The notes under the pieces were generated by a model. That model saw only the letters and a list, made by a program, of their open reading frames with translations, ran no database searches and was not told where the DNA came from. Shown here piece after piece: positions 44,070 through 52,342 of a DNA stretch of 55,375 bases (the first letter of the stretch is position 1; every line of letters begins with the position of its first letter). The position numbers and the translations under genes were made by a program. Source of the DNA: an uncultured Candidatus Saccharibacteria bacterium (GTDB lineage Bacteria; Patescibacteriota; Saccharimonadia; Saccharimonadales; AWTP1-31); assembly GCA_937903325.1 (NCBI GenBank), contig CALCZR010000051.1, positions 1-55,375 on the forward strand, given 5' to 3'.

Positions 44070-45137
44070 ATGATACCTGACAGTGACTTTTACAATCAAA
44101 ACGGAGACCTCTTAAGCTGTAGATCTCTCGGTAAAAAACTCGGCATCTCTAAGAGCGCAGCCAGCCTCTTAATCCGGAAATTCAAAGCGCGGCATAGTAC
44201 ATTTGATGATGAATATAGCCTGCCTGGCAAAGTAGAGGAATCGGAATCAGTAGAGGCTGCCGACGAAACAGAACTACTAATTAGTAATCCAGTGAACGCT
44301 AAGCGGTTATTCCAATCAATTGACGAACTTAGGCCAAAAGAGCCTAAGAAGCAATTTGAAGTAAAGATGCCCAAGCGTGCACATAGGAATATTATCATTC
44401 TAAACGACATTCACTTTCCATACCATGATGAAGCCATCCTAGAGAGTGTGATGCATTACATCTACGATTCCCAAGTAGACATGGTTGTGCTCAATGGAGA
44501 CACGTTAGATTGTGAAGCACTAAGTACATTTCAGGATGCGGACCGAGCACCATTTGGTGAAGAGCTTGACTTGGCACGCAGCTTTATTAAGCAACTCACA
44601 AAGATCGCAAGGCACAATAATGCTGGTTGTGAATTCGTCTGGATTGACGGAAACCATGAAGCTAGGTTAGAAAAGTACCTAGTTAGGCAAGCGCCAGAGC
44701 TTCTTGGTCTTTCTGTGGAAGGAAACAAAGTTTTATCCATACGTAACCTGATGGGACTAGATGAGCTCGGATGGCAATACTTATCTTACTCGGAGTTTCT
44801 TGCCCTTCCAGGAGATCTCTATATCCAGCACGGTCACAAGGTCTCAAAGCACAGTAGTAGTAGTGTAGGTAATTCTATGAGAGATCAAGGCGGATCTGTA
44901 ATTATAGGGCACGTCCATAGACTTGGTGCATTTTACGTAACCAACAGACTTGGTACCTTTAGGGGATTTGAAAATGGATGCCTATGTAAGCAGCCTAAAT
45001 ACCTTCCAAAGGATTCTGCTAACTGGCAGAGAGGATTCTGTAAGGTTACTTACACTGACGAAACAACTTGGCATGTTCAACAGGCCTTTATTCAAGATGG
45101 CAAATTCATGATGGATGGTAAGCTATATGGAGCTTAA
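44070..45137 (+). CDS. calcineurin-like metallophosphoesterase with N-terminal HTH-like extension
   Basis: Motifs are NDIHFPYHD (DxH), NGDTLD (GDxxD), DGNHE (GNHE), QHGH and GHVH. The N-terminal segment is LGKKLGISKSAASLLIRKF. Confidence 0.8.
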   Translation: MIPDSDFYNQNGDLLSCRSLGKKLGISKSAASLLIRKFKARHSTFDDEYSLPGKVEESESVEAADETELLISNPVNAKRLFQSIDELRPKEPKKQFEVKMPKRAHRNIIILNDIHFPYHDEAILESVMHYIYDSQVDMVVLNGDTLDCEALSTFQDADRAPFGEELDLARSFIKQLTKIARHNNAGCEFVWIDGNHEARLEKYLVRQAPELLGLSVEGNKVLSIRNLMGLDELGWQYLSYSEFLALPGDLYIQHGHKVSKHSSSSVGNSMRDQGGSVIIGHVHRLGAFYVTNRLGTFRGFENGCLCKQPKYLPKDSANWQRGFCKVTYTDETTWHVQQAFIQDGKFMMDGKLYGA

Positions 45138-45169
45138 TCCTGACTAAACTGCTCGGAATTAACCAGTTA

Positions 45170-45199
45170 CCCTCCCAATAATACGGGAGGGATTTAAAT
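45170..45199 (+). terminator. rho-independent terminator
   Basis: Stem CCCTCCC / GGGAGGG with an 8-nt loop, followed by ATTTAAATT. Confidence 0.6.
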
Positions 45200-45227
45200 T
45201 GCGGTTATTCTATTTCTGTGATATAAT
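45199..45227 (+). promoter_or_regulatory. sigma70-type promoter, TTGCGG-17 nt-TGaTATAAT
   Basis: TTGCGG at 45199-45204 and a TG-extended TATAAT at 45222-45227. A leader of about 65 nt with an SD follows. Confidence 0.55.
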
Positions 45228-45299
45228 ATTTTTAACCAAGACGCTAGGCGGAAGTCGGTTTGTCTACCTGACAATAGATTAGCGATTGGTTAAGAAAGG

Positions 45300-45578
45300 A
45301 TGAAGATGCACAGCAACGTAAAAATCCTATTGTTCAAACTACAAAACTGCGACCCATGCACACAATTAGCAGATTTTATAAACACAGGAGAGATGGAGGC
45401 GTTAAGGCCTAGTATAGATCAGTACCTGGCAAGTGACGATATATCTCCTTTCAAAAAGTATAGGGTATCTGGGGCTCCTCAAGTTGTAATATTACAAAAT
45501 GGACTGGAACTGCAGAGGGCAAAAGGCTTTGATGACTGTGTCGGCCTACTTAGGCGCGTACTTGAGGATGATTACTGA
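45300..45578 (+). CDS. thioredoxin/glutaredoxin-like redox protein
   Basis: The CxxC motif sits in thioredoxin context (KILLFKLQNCDPCTQL). The cis-Pro-like segment is VSGAPQVVIL. Confidence 0.65.
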   Translation: MKMHSNVKILLFKLQNCDPCTQLADFINTGEMEALRPSIDQYLASDDISPFKKYRVSGAPQVVILQNGLELQRAKGFDDCVGLLRRVLEDDY

Positions 45579-46195
45579 TGGGCACATACGATGCCTATGT
45601 GCAAATAATTGAAAACGAAAACATCAAAACTAAACATATCGAAGGTGGCTCGATGAATTTCATTGATTTTGAATTCATCGCTAGGAAGGCTCATGAGATA
45701 TCTAGGTTAGGGTACAGGGTAAATACTTTAGATTATTCCAGTAAGGACTCTGCATTCATCTACATTAATCTGTACGTCGATGCAAACATAACTGGGAGAC
45801 TCATCGTTGAATACACAGAAGAAGATGATTTCTCTAAAAAGAGGAAGATATCTCAACCCAGAATGTGGCTCGTAGGTCTATCTCAGGACGCACTGGATCT
45901 CATTGAGGAGCATATTAAGGTACTTGGTACCAATGACCTACATATCGTGCATAGGGCAGTGACAAAGTACCTACAGGGTACTACCTATGCGGCTAAAGTA
46001 GATAATAAACTACTGGCAATGTTCCCAGAGGAGATCGCTGATTTCTTCCTGTGGAAAGATGTCTACTGTAGAGAGCTCTCAAAGAAAGAAGCCAGGGAAA
46101 TAACCAAGTATTTAATAAGTAAAGATAAGACAGAAGTCAATAAGCCACTTATAAAGAAATTCCTTACAGCTGTGTTCCTAAACTTCTCCATGTGA
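45578..46195 (+). CDS. hypothetical protein (205 aa)
   Basis: Open frame, TGATG-coupled. Confidence 0.6.
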   Translation: MGTYDAYVQIIENENIKTKHIEGGSMNFIDFEFIARKAHEISRLGYRVNTLDYSSKDSAFIYINLYVDANITGRLIVEYTEEDDFSKKRKISQPRMWLVGLSQDALDLIEEHIKVLGTNDLHIVHRAVTKYLQGTTYAAKVDNKLLAMFPEEIADFFLWKDVYCRELSKKEAREITKYLISKDKTEVNKPLIKKFLTAVFLNFSM

Positions 46196-46426
46196 CTTCT
46201 TAACCCTACTGTTCCTCCTTTGACTCAAATGATACGCAGGCCAAATAGCCAAGAGATCAGCCCCAAGCTCTTCGGCTATTTTCCTTGCCACATGATTAGG
46301 AGGTAGGTTTCTACCAATACAATACTCAACAAGAGTCTTCCTAGGTACACCAAGATACCTGGCAAAAGTCGTTTGGTTAAATCCTGCATCTACTATGTAT
46401 TTATTAAGATTATTTTTATGCCTCAT
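46178..46426 (-). CDS. Cro/CI-type HTH regulator (82 aa), probably leaderless
   Basis: The HTH segment is FNQTTFARYLGVPRKTLVEYCIGRN. The ATG at 46426 lies 6 nt after an extended -10 box. The track N-terminal extension to 46486 is unlikely. Confidence 0.65.
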   Translation of the reverse strand: MRHKNNLNKYIVDAGFNQTTFARYLGVPRKTLVEYCIGRNLPPNHVARKIAEELGADLLAIWPAYHLSQRRNSRVKKSHGEV

Positions 46427-46432
46427 AGATAG

Positions 46433-46461
46433 ATTATAACACAGTAAGACTGGGGTGCCCA
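46433..46461 (-). promoter_or_regulatory. extended -10 promoter, TGGGCA-17 nt-TGtTATAAT
   Basis: On the minus strand the -35-like box is at 46461..46456 and the -10 box at 46438..46433. Confidence 0.55.
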
Positions 46462-46970
46462 GTGTGGTGATACATAGAACATACACTCATAGGACTCTCA
46501 TAAACATATAGAGTATTCTTATTAGATATTTTTAGGCTACATAATTTGTGCCTGTTGATGCCTCTTAAATTATACATGTTGGATATATAATAAATACTTT
46601 GTTGACTGTACTCATATCGTATCCGTTGGAAGTATTTGTAGAATATCTGTTGGTTGTACTTATTATGTATTTGTTGGCTGTACAATATGGTACTTATTGA
46701 GTACTTGTTATAAGTATTAATTCTGTTTAACAATATTCTCATAATCAAGTAAAGTAATGGGTTTACCTGCGACTACGGTAAGAAATAGGTCTCATGAAAT
46801 ACTCATGATAGTCCTAATAAATCTATTTTGCCTATCGAGACGGTAAAGTTCCACCCCTCCAAATCCAAACATCGGTTTTTTCCTACCCCACCTCTAATCC
46901 CTCAGAAGGATTTATAGGCACCTTAATGAGGCTTACAATCGCCTATAATTTAGAGCACTCATAATGAGGT

Positions 46971-47134
46971 CCTTGTTGATAGTACTCATTATGTATTTGT
47001 TGAGTATTAGTTGGTAGGTACTGTCGATGCACTAGTTGAGAGCCTTGTTGATAGTACTCATTATGCGCTTAATATGTACATGTTGGTAGGTACTGTCGAT
47101 GCACTAGTTGAGAGCCTTGTTGATAGTACTCATT
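46971..47134 (+). repeat. 72-bp-period tandem repeat, about 2.3 units
   Basis: Identical 52-bp blocks lie at 47011-47062 and 47083-47134 (TTGGTAGGTACTGTCGATGCACTAGTTGAGAGCCTTGTTGATAGTACTCATT). They are separated by different 20-bp segments. A partial copy lies at 46971-46990. Confidence 0.85.
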
Positions 47135-47245
47135 GGTGTTACTCTGTCGGTAACAGTTTACTATGTATAATTATACTAGGTACATGATGGCATGGGTGGA
47201 ATTGGTTGGTAGTGACTGTTGGTGAGAGGTGATCGAAGTTTCACC

Positions 47246-47277
47246 TGATTTATTAGTTGGATGATTTATTAGTTGGA
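47246..47277 (+). repeat. perfect 16-bp direct tandem repeat, x2
   Basis: TGATTTATTAGTTGGA occurs twice back to back. The hairpin AGGTGA/TCACCT (47227-47246) precedes it. Confidence 0.85.
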
Positions 47278-47460
47278 ACTCACACAACATTATATCCTCT
47301 ATAACCGCTCTAACCCCAATCACTAAAACCATCTCTGGCACTCATAACAAGTACTTAATATGTACCAGAAGGTACTGTACCTTGGTACTCATAATAGAGA
47401 GTCTCGTTGGTAAGTACTCTATAGATGCATATTAAGTACCTCCAGATGCCTCCCATAACA

Positions 47461-47575
47461 CTTAAAAGGCTCCCATTAAGGGAGCCCATCTATCTACTTT
47501 ACTTTTCAATCCACTTTTCTTACTTTGGCATTTGCTTTCATACCTAATAGTACCATATCCTCCCCTCCCAGTCAA
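47461..47575 (-). ncRNA. autonomous about 80-nt transcription unit: promoter, 11-codon leaderless ORF, intrinsic terminator
   Basis: On the minus strand, TTGACT (47575..47570), a 17-nt spacer and TACTAT (47552..47547). After 5 nt comes the ATG at 47541 (MKANAKVRKVD, stop at 47506). The hairpin GGCTCCC/GGGAGCC (47486..47468) plus TTTTAAG closes the unit. Confidence 0.4.
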
Positions 47576-47660
47576 CCAATCGAGCAGCGTTTTAAAACTA
47601 CAATCCTTCGTTAAGACTTTCCTAAGACTTTATTAAGGTACCATTAAGGTACATAAAGTA

Positions 47661-47699
47661 ACCCCAAGGTTTGGGCGTACAAGCAGAGGCCTTTGGGGT
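47661..47699 (-). terminator. hairpin downstream of the 47782..48192 gene
   Basis: CCCCAAAGG / CCTTGGGG imperfect stem with a large loop, followed on the minus strand by TTACTTTAT. Confidence 0.35.
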
Positions 47700-47781
47700 C
47701 TTATCGAGATACATTATGCCATAGTTGGAGTAGTCATTACGTTTACCATCTGTTTACTCTTTAATTACTGTGCTCTAAAAT

Positions 47782-48192
47782 TTACCAAACATACAGACCC
47801 TTATCTGTTGCGTACTCGATTGGCAACTGTTTGTCATACGTTCTGCGGAGCAGCTTGATATCAGACTGTAACATGATATATCCATCCTTGGTCCAGATAT
47901 CACCAACAGCGTTGGTGGCTACAAAGATCATGCCTGCGTTGATCTGGTAGGCGGTGCAGAGGCTGCCTCCATGGCCAACTGCAAATAACTTGGTTGCTGG
48001 TGCAATACCGTGCTCAAGAGACAGCTGGAGTATCCTGCGGCAGCTGATGTCAACGCTGCCATTGTGATCATCCCATCGCCGAGCAGTCACCAGGCCATAC
48101 ACATCATGCTCGACTGCCTTCCAAACTCTAAGCTCTTGCACGGATTCGGCGCCAAGGAATTTTACCAATTGATCTACTTTTACATTCGTCAT
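47782..48192 (-). CDS. hypothetical protein (136 aa)
   Basis: AAGGAG lies upstream of the ATG at 48192 (MTNVKVDQ). The track start is 48234. Confidence 0.6.
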   Translation of the reverse strand: MTNVKVDQLVKFLGAESVQELRVWKAVEHDVYGLVTARRWDDHNGSVDISCRRILQLSLEHGIAPATKLFAVGHGGSLCTAYQINAGMIFVATNAVGDIWTKDGYIMLQSDIKLLRRTYDKQLPIEYATDKGLYVW

Positions 48193-48308
48193 GTTTACCA
48201 CTCCTTTGTAGTGTTCCCGCATCTCTGGGCTCATCCCTTTGATGTATTAATCATATCATGTATGTCTGGGTTACGCAATAGTCTGCTCCCGATCTCTACT
48301 TAGTAAAA

Positions 48309-48336
48309 CTATTAGCATCTTACTCTTAATACTCAA
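48309..48336 (-). promoter_or_regulatory. candidate promoter, TTGAGT-16 nt-TGcTAATAG
   Basis: On the minus strand the -35 box is at 48336..48331 and the TG-extended -10 box at 48314..48309. Confidence 0.4.
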
Positions 48337-48349
48337 CAATCCATATAAT

Positions 48350-48431
48350 ATATATACTATATAAGTACTTAACTAGTACTGTGCTTTATATCTTTTATGT
48401 ACTAACCTAGAGCATTTCGCTGGCTAGGACG
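48350..48431 (+). repeat. conserved intergenic element, copy C
   Basis: The sequence is ...TATATAAGTACTTAACTAGTACTGTGCTTTATATCTTTTATGTACTAACCTAGAGCATTTCGCTGGCTAGGACG. Confidence 0.8.
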
Positions 48432-48464
48432 TACAATAGAAATACCCAACCTTTTACAGTTGGG
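48431..48464 (-). terminator. rho-independent terminator of the dnaE operon
   Basis: Stem CCCAAC / GTTGGG (48445-48464), followed on the minus strand by TATTTCTATT. Confidence 0.55.
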
Positions 48465-48519
48465 CTTGTGAATTAATTACCTTGCTTACTACAATAATTA
48501 TTGAGTTTAGGTGTTACCA

Positions 48520-48756
48520 TTACTCTCCCAAATTGAGTCGTTGCCCTTCGGCAATCAACTCCTCTATGCCTTTAATCCTTACTGCTCGGTCAATCCTCTG
48601 TTGCTCGATTGCCACATCTGCTTCTGCCGCATCTGCTATACCTAGCTCCTCTAGCCCTAGCATAATGCTTACTTCTTCGATACTGTAAACCCGCTCCTCC
48701 CCAGAGCGGATTCTACGTAATATCTCCTGTATGTGGTTTAAAAATTCTTCTTCCAC
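48520..48756 (-). CDS. hypothetical acidic helical protein (78 aa), GTG start
   Basis: Open frame with AGGAAG upstream of the GTG. The antisense 68-aa plus-strand ORF is Ser/Ile-rich and judged a shadow. Confidence 0.55.
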   Translation of the reverse strand: MEEEFLNHIQEILRRIRSGEERVYSIEEVSIMLGLEELGIADAAEADVAIEQQRIDRAVRIKGIEELIAEGQRLNLGE

Positions 48757-48880
48757 TGCTTCCTACTTTCGGAGACCTTTGCAACCAATCGGTTGCCCAT
48801 CATCGCCCCGGATAAGATCGCCAGGGGCAAACACATCTCATGTGTTAATACTAGTACTTAACTGCTCCCAAGTCAATAGC

Positions 48881-51800
48881 CTATCTGCCGCCTACGAACT
48901 GGAGTAATAACTTAGGCTCGTAAGTATAAACAACGTCTACACCACCTATCTTATCAAGTGCATCTCCGATCAATTTTGACACTCTTAGGTCTCCTAAATC
49001 CATGGTTACAATATCGTACCCAGTATCAATCCTAACAATACCCCTAGCGCCGTCTGTAGTGCCTCTAAAATCCTCAGTAAAGGTCTGTAGGATGTTTGTA
49101 TCCACCTCTAACATATCAAGGGTAATAACGGCGATCCTGGGAAGCAAAACTAAATCATCATAAGTCAGTATCCGCTTACCAACTAGTTTTGGACTGCCAT
49201 TGTCATCGTCTGGCGTTATATCACAGTAAAAGAGGGCCGAATTGTCTATGGTTGCGCCAACAGACATTTGCTGCCAATCATCGGCAAAGACGATCATCTC
49301 AACGACTGCAGTCTCATCCTCGATCATGAGCTTAGCCATGATTTGCCCTCTCTTGGTTTGGATCTTGGTGATACTAGATATAGTGCCAGCTATGATCCCT
49401 CTTACTCTATTTTGGTAATAAGCTGGCTGAGTACTGCACCAATCATTAATCCCAGCTATAGTAGATGATCTGGCGGCCTTAAACTCTGGGTAGCTATCGA
49501 GTGGATTGCCTGATACATAGAGTCCAATTGCGTCTCTCTCCAGCTTAAGTAGCTCAACAGGAGTATATGGAGTATAATCATCAACCAGCTGTCTTGGCTT
49601 AGGATTGCGCTTTGGCAGAGGTTTGCGCAAGATATCTATACTTGCCAACTGTTGGGATCTGTCACCCAGACTATCTAATGCTCCGGCTTTGATTAACATT
49701 CCAAGAGCCCTAGAGTTGAGATCACCCTTGCTTATCCTCTGTGTTATATCAATCAGATCATCAAATTGTCTCTCCTGTCTCGCCTCAAGGATTACATCTA
49801 TCGCCCCAACCCCAAGAGATTTAATTGCTGAGAGTCCAAAATAGATTACTCCATCTGTTATTGCAAACTCTCTATGTGATTTGTTGATGTCTGGTGGCAA
49901 CACTTTAATACCATATCTACGTGCATCTTGGATATACTCTGCTACCTTATCTTGATCTCCATATTCTACAGATAATAAGGCTGCATAAAATACATCTGGA
50001 TGATTAACTTTAAGCCATGCTGTTTGATAGCTAAGCACCGAATAAGCAACTGCGTGACTACGGTTAAATCCGTAATTTGCAAACTTATTCAGCAATTCAA
50101 ATAATCTTTCAGCCTCTTCTGGGTCTACGCCATTCGCAGTCTTTGCTCCATCGATAAACTTTGTCCGTTGTTTATCCATCTCGGATTGTGATTTTTTTCC
50201 CATTGCCCTTCTCAGCAAATCGGACTCAGCTAAAGTGTATCCAGCAACAGAAGTAGAGATATGCATAATTTGCTCTTGGTATACAGGAATGCCGTAAGTC
50301 TCGGATAAGATGCTTGACAGTAGATGGCCAGATTGCGGGAAATCCTTATAAGATATCTCCTCAAGCCCATGTCTACGCTTAATATACGTACCAATGTTAT
50401 CCATTGGGCCTGGTCTATATAAACTTGTAAGTGCTACTATATCTTCGAATCGCTCTGGTTTAAGACTCTTAGATGCCTGAGAGATACCAGATCCTTCTAG
50501 TTGGAATATTCCTTTATTATCACCTCTAGATAGTAGCTTGTATACTTTAGGGTCATCTAATGGTACATCATTAAACACTACAGATATACCCTTATGTTGC
50601 AACAAGAGATCTCTAGCCTTTTCTAAGAATGTTAAAGTTCTTAAACCCAGGAAGTCCATCTTTACAAGTCCAATATCCTCAACATCATGCATATCATATT
50701 GACTAACTGATTTACCTGTAGATCTATCTACTGTTAGTGGTATCAGGTCTGTAAGAGGAGTATCGCTAATGATTAGCCCAGATGCGTGGACTCCACTGCT
50801 ACGTATTGTTCCCTCCAGGTTGAACGCATAATAATAAGCTCTCTTTACATCTTCATGCACGTCTAGGAAATCCCTAATCTCTTGCGATGAATTGTATGCC
50901 TCCATTAGTGTGGATGGCTTACCGAATTTTACAGGGATCATGCCGGTTAGGATGTTAATAATGTCATGAGGTAAACCCATTGATCTTGCTACATCTTTTA
51001 AACAGGATCTAGATAGCATGGCTCCATAAGTACCAATCATGCATACATGATCTTCGCCATATTTTTCCCTTACGTATGCAATCACCTTTTCTCTACCAGT
51101 GTCACTTATGTCAATGTCGTAATCCGCCATGGAAACTCTGTCTGGGTTGAGAAATCTCTCAAAGATTAATCCGTACTTAATTGGGTCGACGTCAGTTATA
51201 CCAATAGCATAGCCTATTAGAGACCCCGCGCCTGATCCACGACCAAGGCCAACTGCTATCCCTTGCTTCTTAGCCCAGTTGACGTAATCTTGTACGATGA
51301 GGAAGTAATCAGTAAAGCCCATCTTCTTAATCACAGTTAATTCATACTCTGCTCTCCTAATCTTATCAGGAGTAAGATCTGCACCGTATCTCTTGCGTAG
51401 CCCCTTATTGACAAGTCTGTATATCTTTGCATCAGAGGTGTCGCCCTCTTGTAACTTTGGCTGGGGGATCCTGTAGGTCCTCTTGCTACCAATTGGCAAC
51501 TCTACATTGCAAGACTCTGCAATTAATACTGTGTTATCATAGATTTCGTCTCCCCAAGTTGATCTAGGTAGGAATAGCTCCATTTCTCCTACTGACTTTG
51601 TATAAAACTCATCGCATGGGAATTTAAATCTATTCTCGTCAGACAATCTTGCTTTGGTTTGTATGGCCAAGAGAGTGTCATGCGTATCACTATCTGTCTT
51701 TTTAATGTAATGCCCATCATTGGTAGCAACCATGCCAATCCCATACTCTTTGGCTAACTCCATCAACACAGGATTAACAAGTTGTTGCTCTTGTAGGCCG

Positions 51801-52342
51801 TGATTTTGGATCTCAATAAAGTAGTTGCCTTTAAAGACTCTAAGGTACCACTCGATGGTAGATCTAGCAGATTGCATGTCTCCATTAAGGATATATTGCT
51901 GCAACTCTGCGCCAAGGCAGCCAGACATTGCTATTACACCCTTACTGTGTTGTTCTAAGATCTCATGGTCAATCCTGGGTTTGTAGTAATAGCCTTCTGA
52001 GTTGGCGAGATAGTTAAGGCGGCACAGGTTCTGGTAGCCCTCAAAGTCTTTAGCTAGCAAAGTTAAGTGATATGTCTTCTCACCCTTTTGCTTGGTATGC
52101 CTACTTCCAGCAGTTATGTATGCCTCATAACCTAAGATTGGTTTGACTCCGAATTGGATTGCATACTTGTAAAACTGTAAGACTCCCGACATATTGCCGT
52201 GGTCAGTCATTGCACATGATGGGTCTGTATCTGTAGTGTCTTTTACCCATTGCAGTAGATCTTTAATATTGCTTAGTCCATCAAGTAGGCTATAAGACGT
52301 ATGCTGATGTAAGTGGGAAAACTTAGTCATTTGGTGCTCCAT
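48881..52342 (-). CDS. dnaE: DNA polymerase III alpha subunit (DnaE-type, N-terminal PHP domain)
   Basis: The PHP motif is FSHLHQHTSYSLLDG. The palm motif is GLGRGSGAGSLIGYAIGIT, with DIDISD and FNRSHAVAYS also present. Length is 1153 aa. Confidence 0.95.
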   Translation of the reverse strand: MEHQMTKFSHLHQHTSYSLLDGLSNIKDLLQWVKDTTDTDPSCAMTDHGNMSGVLQFYKYAIQFGVKPILGYEAYITAGSRHTKQKGEKTYHLTLLAKDFEGYQNLCRLNYLANSEGYYYKPRIDHEILEQHSKGVIAMSGCLGAELQQYILNGDMQSARSTIEWYLRVFKGNYFIEIQNHGLQEQQLVNPVLMELAKEYGIGMVATNDGHYIKKTDSDTHDTLLAIQTKARLSDENRFKFPCDEFYTKSVGEMELFLPRSTWGDEIYDNTVLIAESCNVELPIGSKRTYRIPQPKLQEGDTSDAKIYRLVNKGLRKRYGADLTPDKIRRAEYELTVIKKMGFTDYFLIVQDYVNWAKKQGIAVGLGRGSGAGSLIGYAIGITDVDPIKYGLIFERFLNPDRVSMADYDIDISDTGREKVIAYVREKYGEDHVCMIGTYGAMLSRSCLKDVARSMGLPHDIINILTGMIPVKFGKPSTLMEAYNSSQEIRDFLDVHEDVKRAYYYAFNLEGTIRSSGVHASGLIISDTPLTDLIPLTVDRSTGKSVSQYDMHDVEDIGLVKMDFLGLRTLTFLEKARDLLLQHKGISVVFNDVPLDDPKVYKLLSRGDNKGIFQLEGSGISQASKSLKPERFEDIVALTSLYRPGPMDNIGTYIKRRHGLEEISYKDFPQSGHLLSSILSETYGIPVYQEQIMHISTSVAGYTLAESDLLRRAMGKKSQSEMDKQRTKFIDGAKTANGVDPEEAERLFELLNKFANYGFNRSHAVAYSVLSYQTAWLKVNHPDVFYAALLSVEYGDQDKVAEYIQDARRYGIKVLPPDINKSHREFAITDGVIYFGLSAIKSLGVGAIDVILEARQERQFDDLIDITQRISKGDLNSRALGMLIKAGALDSLGDRSQQLASIDILRKPLPKRNPKPRQLVDDYTPYTPVELLKLERDAIGLYVSGNPLDSYPEFKAARSSTIAGINDWCSTQPAYYQNRVRGIIAGTISSITKIQTKRGQIMAKLMIEDETAVVEMIVFADDWQQMSVGATIDNSALFYCDITPDDDNGSPKLVGKRILTYDDLVLLPRIAVITLDMLEVDTNILQTFTEDFRGTTDGARGIVRIDTGYDIVTMDLGDLRVSKLIGDALDKIGGVDVVYTYEPKLLLQFVGGR

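Larger units (their letters stand above)
46490..47780. repeat. ORF-free, repeat-dense control region (candidate origin / operator cluster)
   Basis: No credible ORF across about 1.3 kb. It holds many copies of TTGTTGnnnGTACTCAT-like boxes, tandem repeats, palindromes and hairpins. Confidence 0.6.

Noticed and set aside
46434-46748. Minus-strand 104-aa ORF across the start of the ORF-free region.
   Set aside because: Its sequence is low-complexity (repeated YN/QQI/KY) and is generated by the TTGTTG/GTACT DNA repeats. It has no SD and overlaps the promoter and start of the HTH gene.
46971-47134. Possible mini CRISPR array (repeat-spacer-repeat look).
   Set aside because: There are only about 2.3 units. 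The repeats are 52 bp and the spacers only 20 bp. The repeats are not palindromic in CRISPR fashion, and there are no cas genes. It fits an iteron or tandem duplication better.
48482-48688. 68-aa plus-strand ORF downstream of element copy C.
   Set aside because: Its Ser/Ile/Cys-rich sequence is antisense to a more protein-like minus-strand ORF, and it has no SD. It is kept only as a possible antisense RNA target in the findings.
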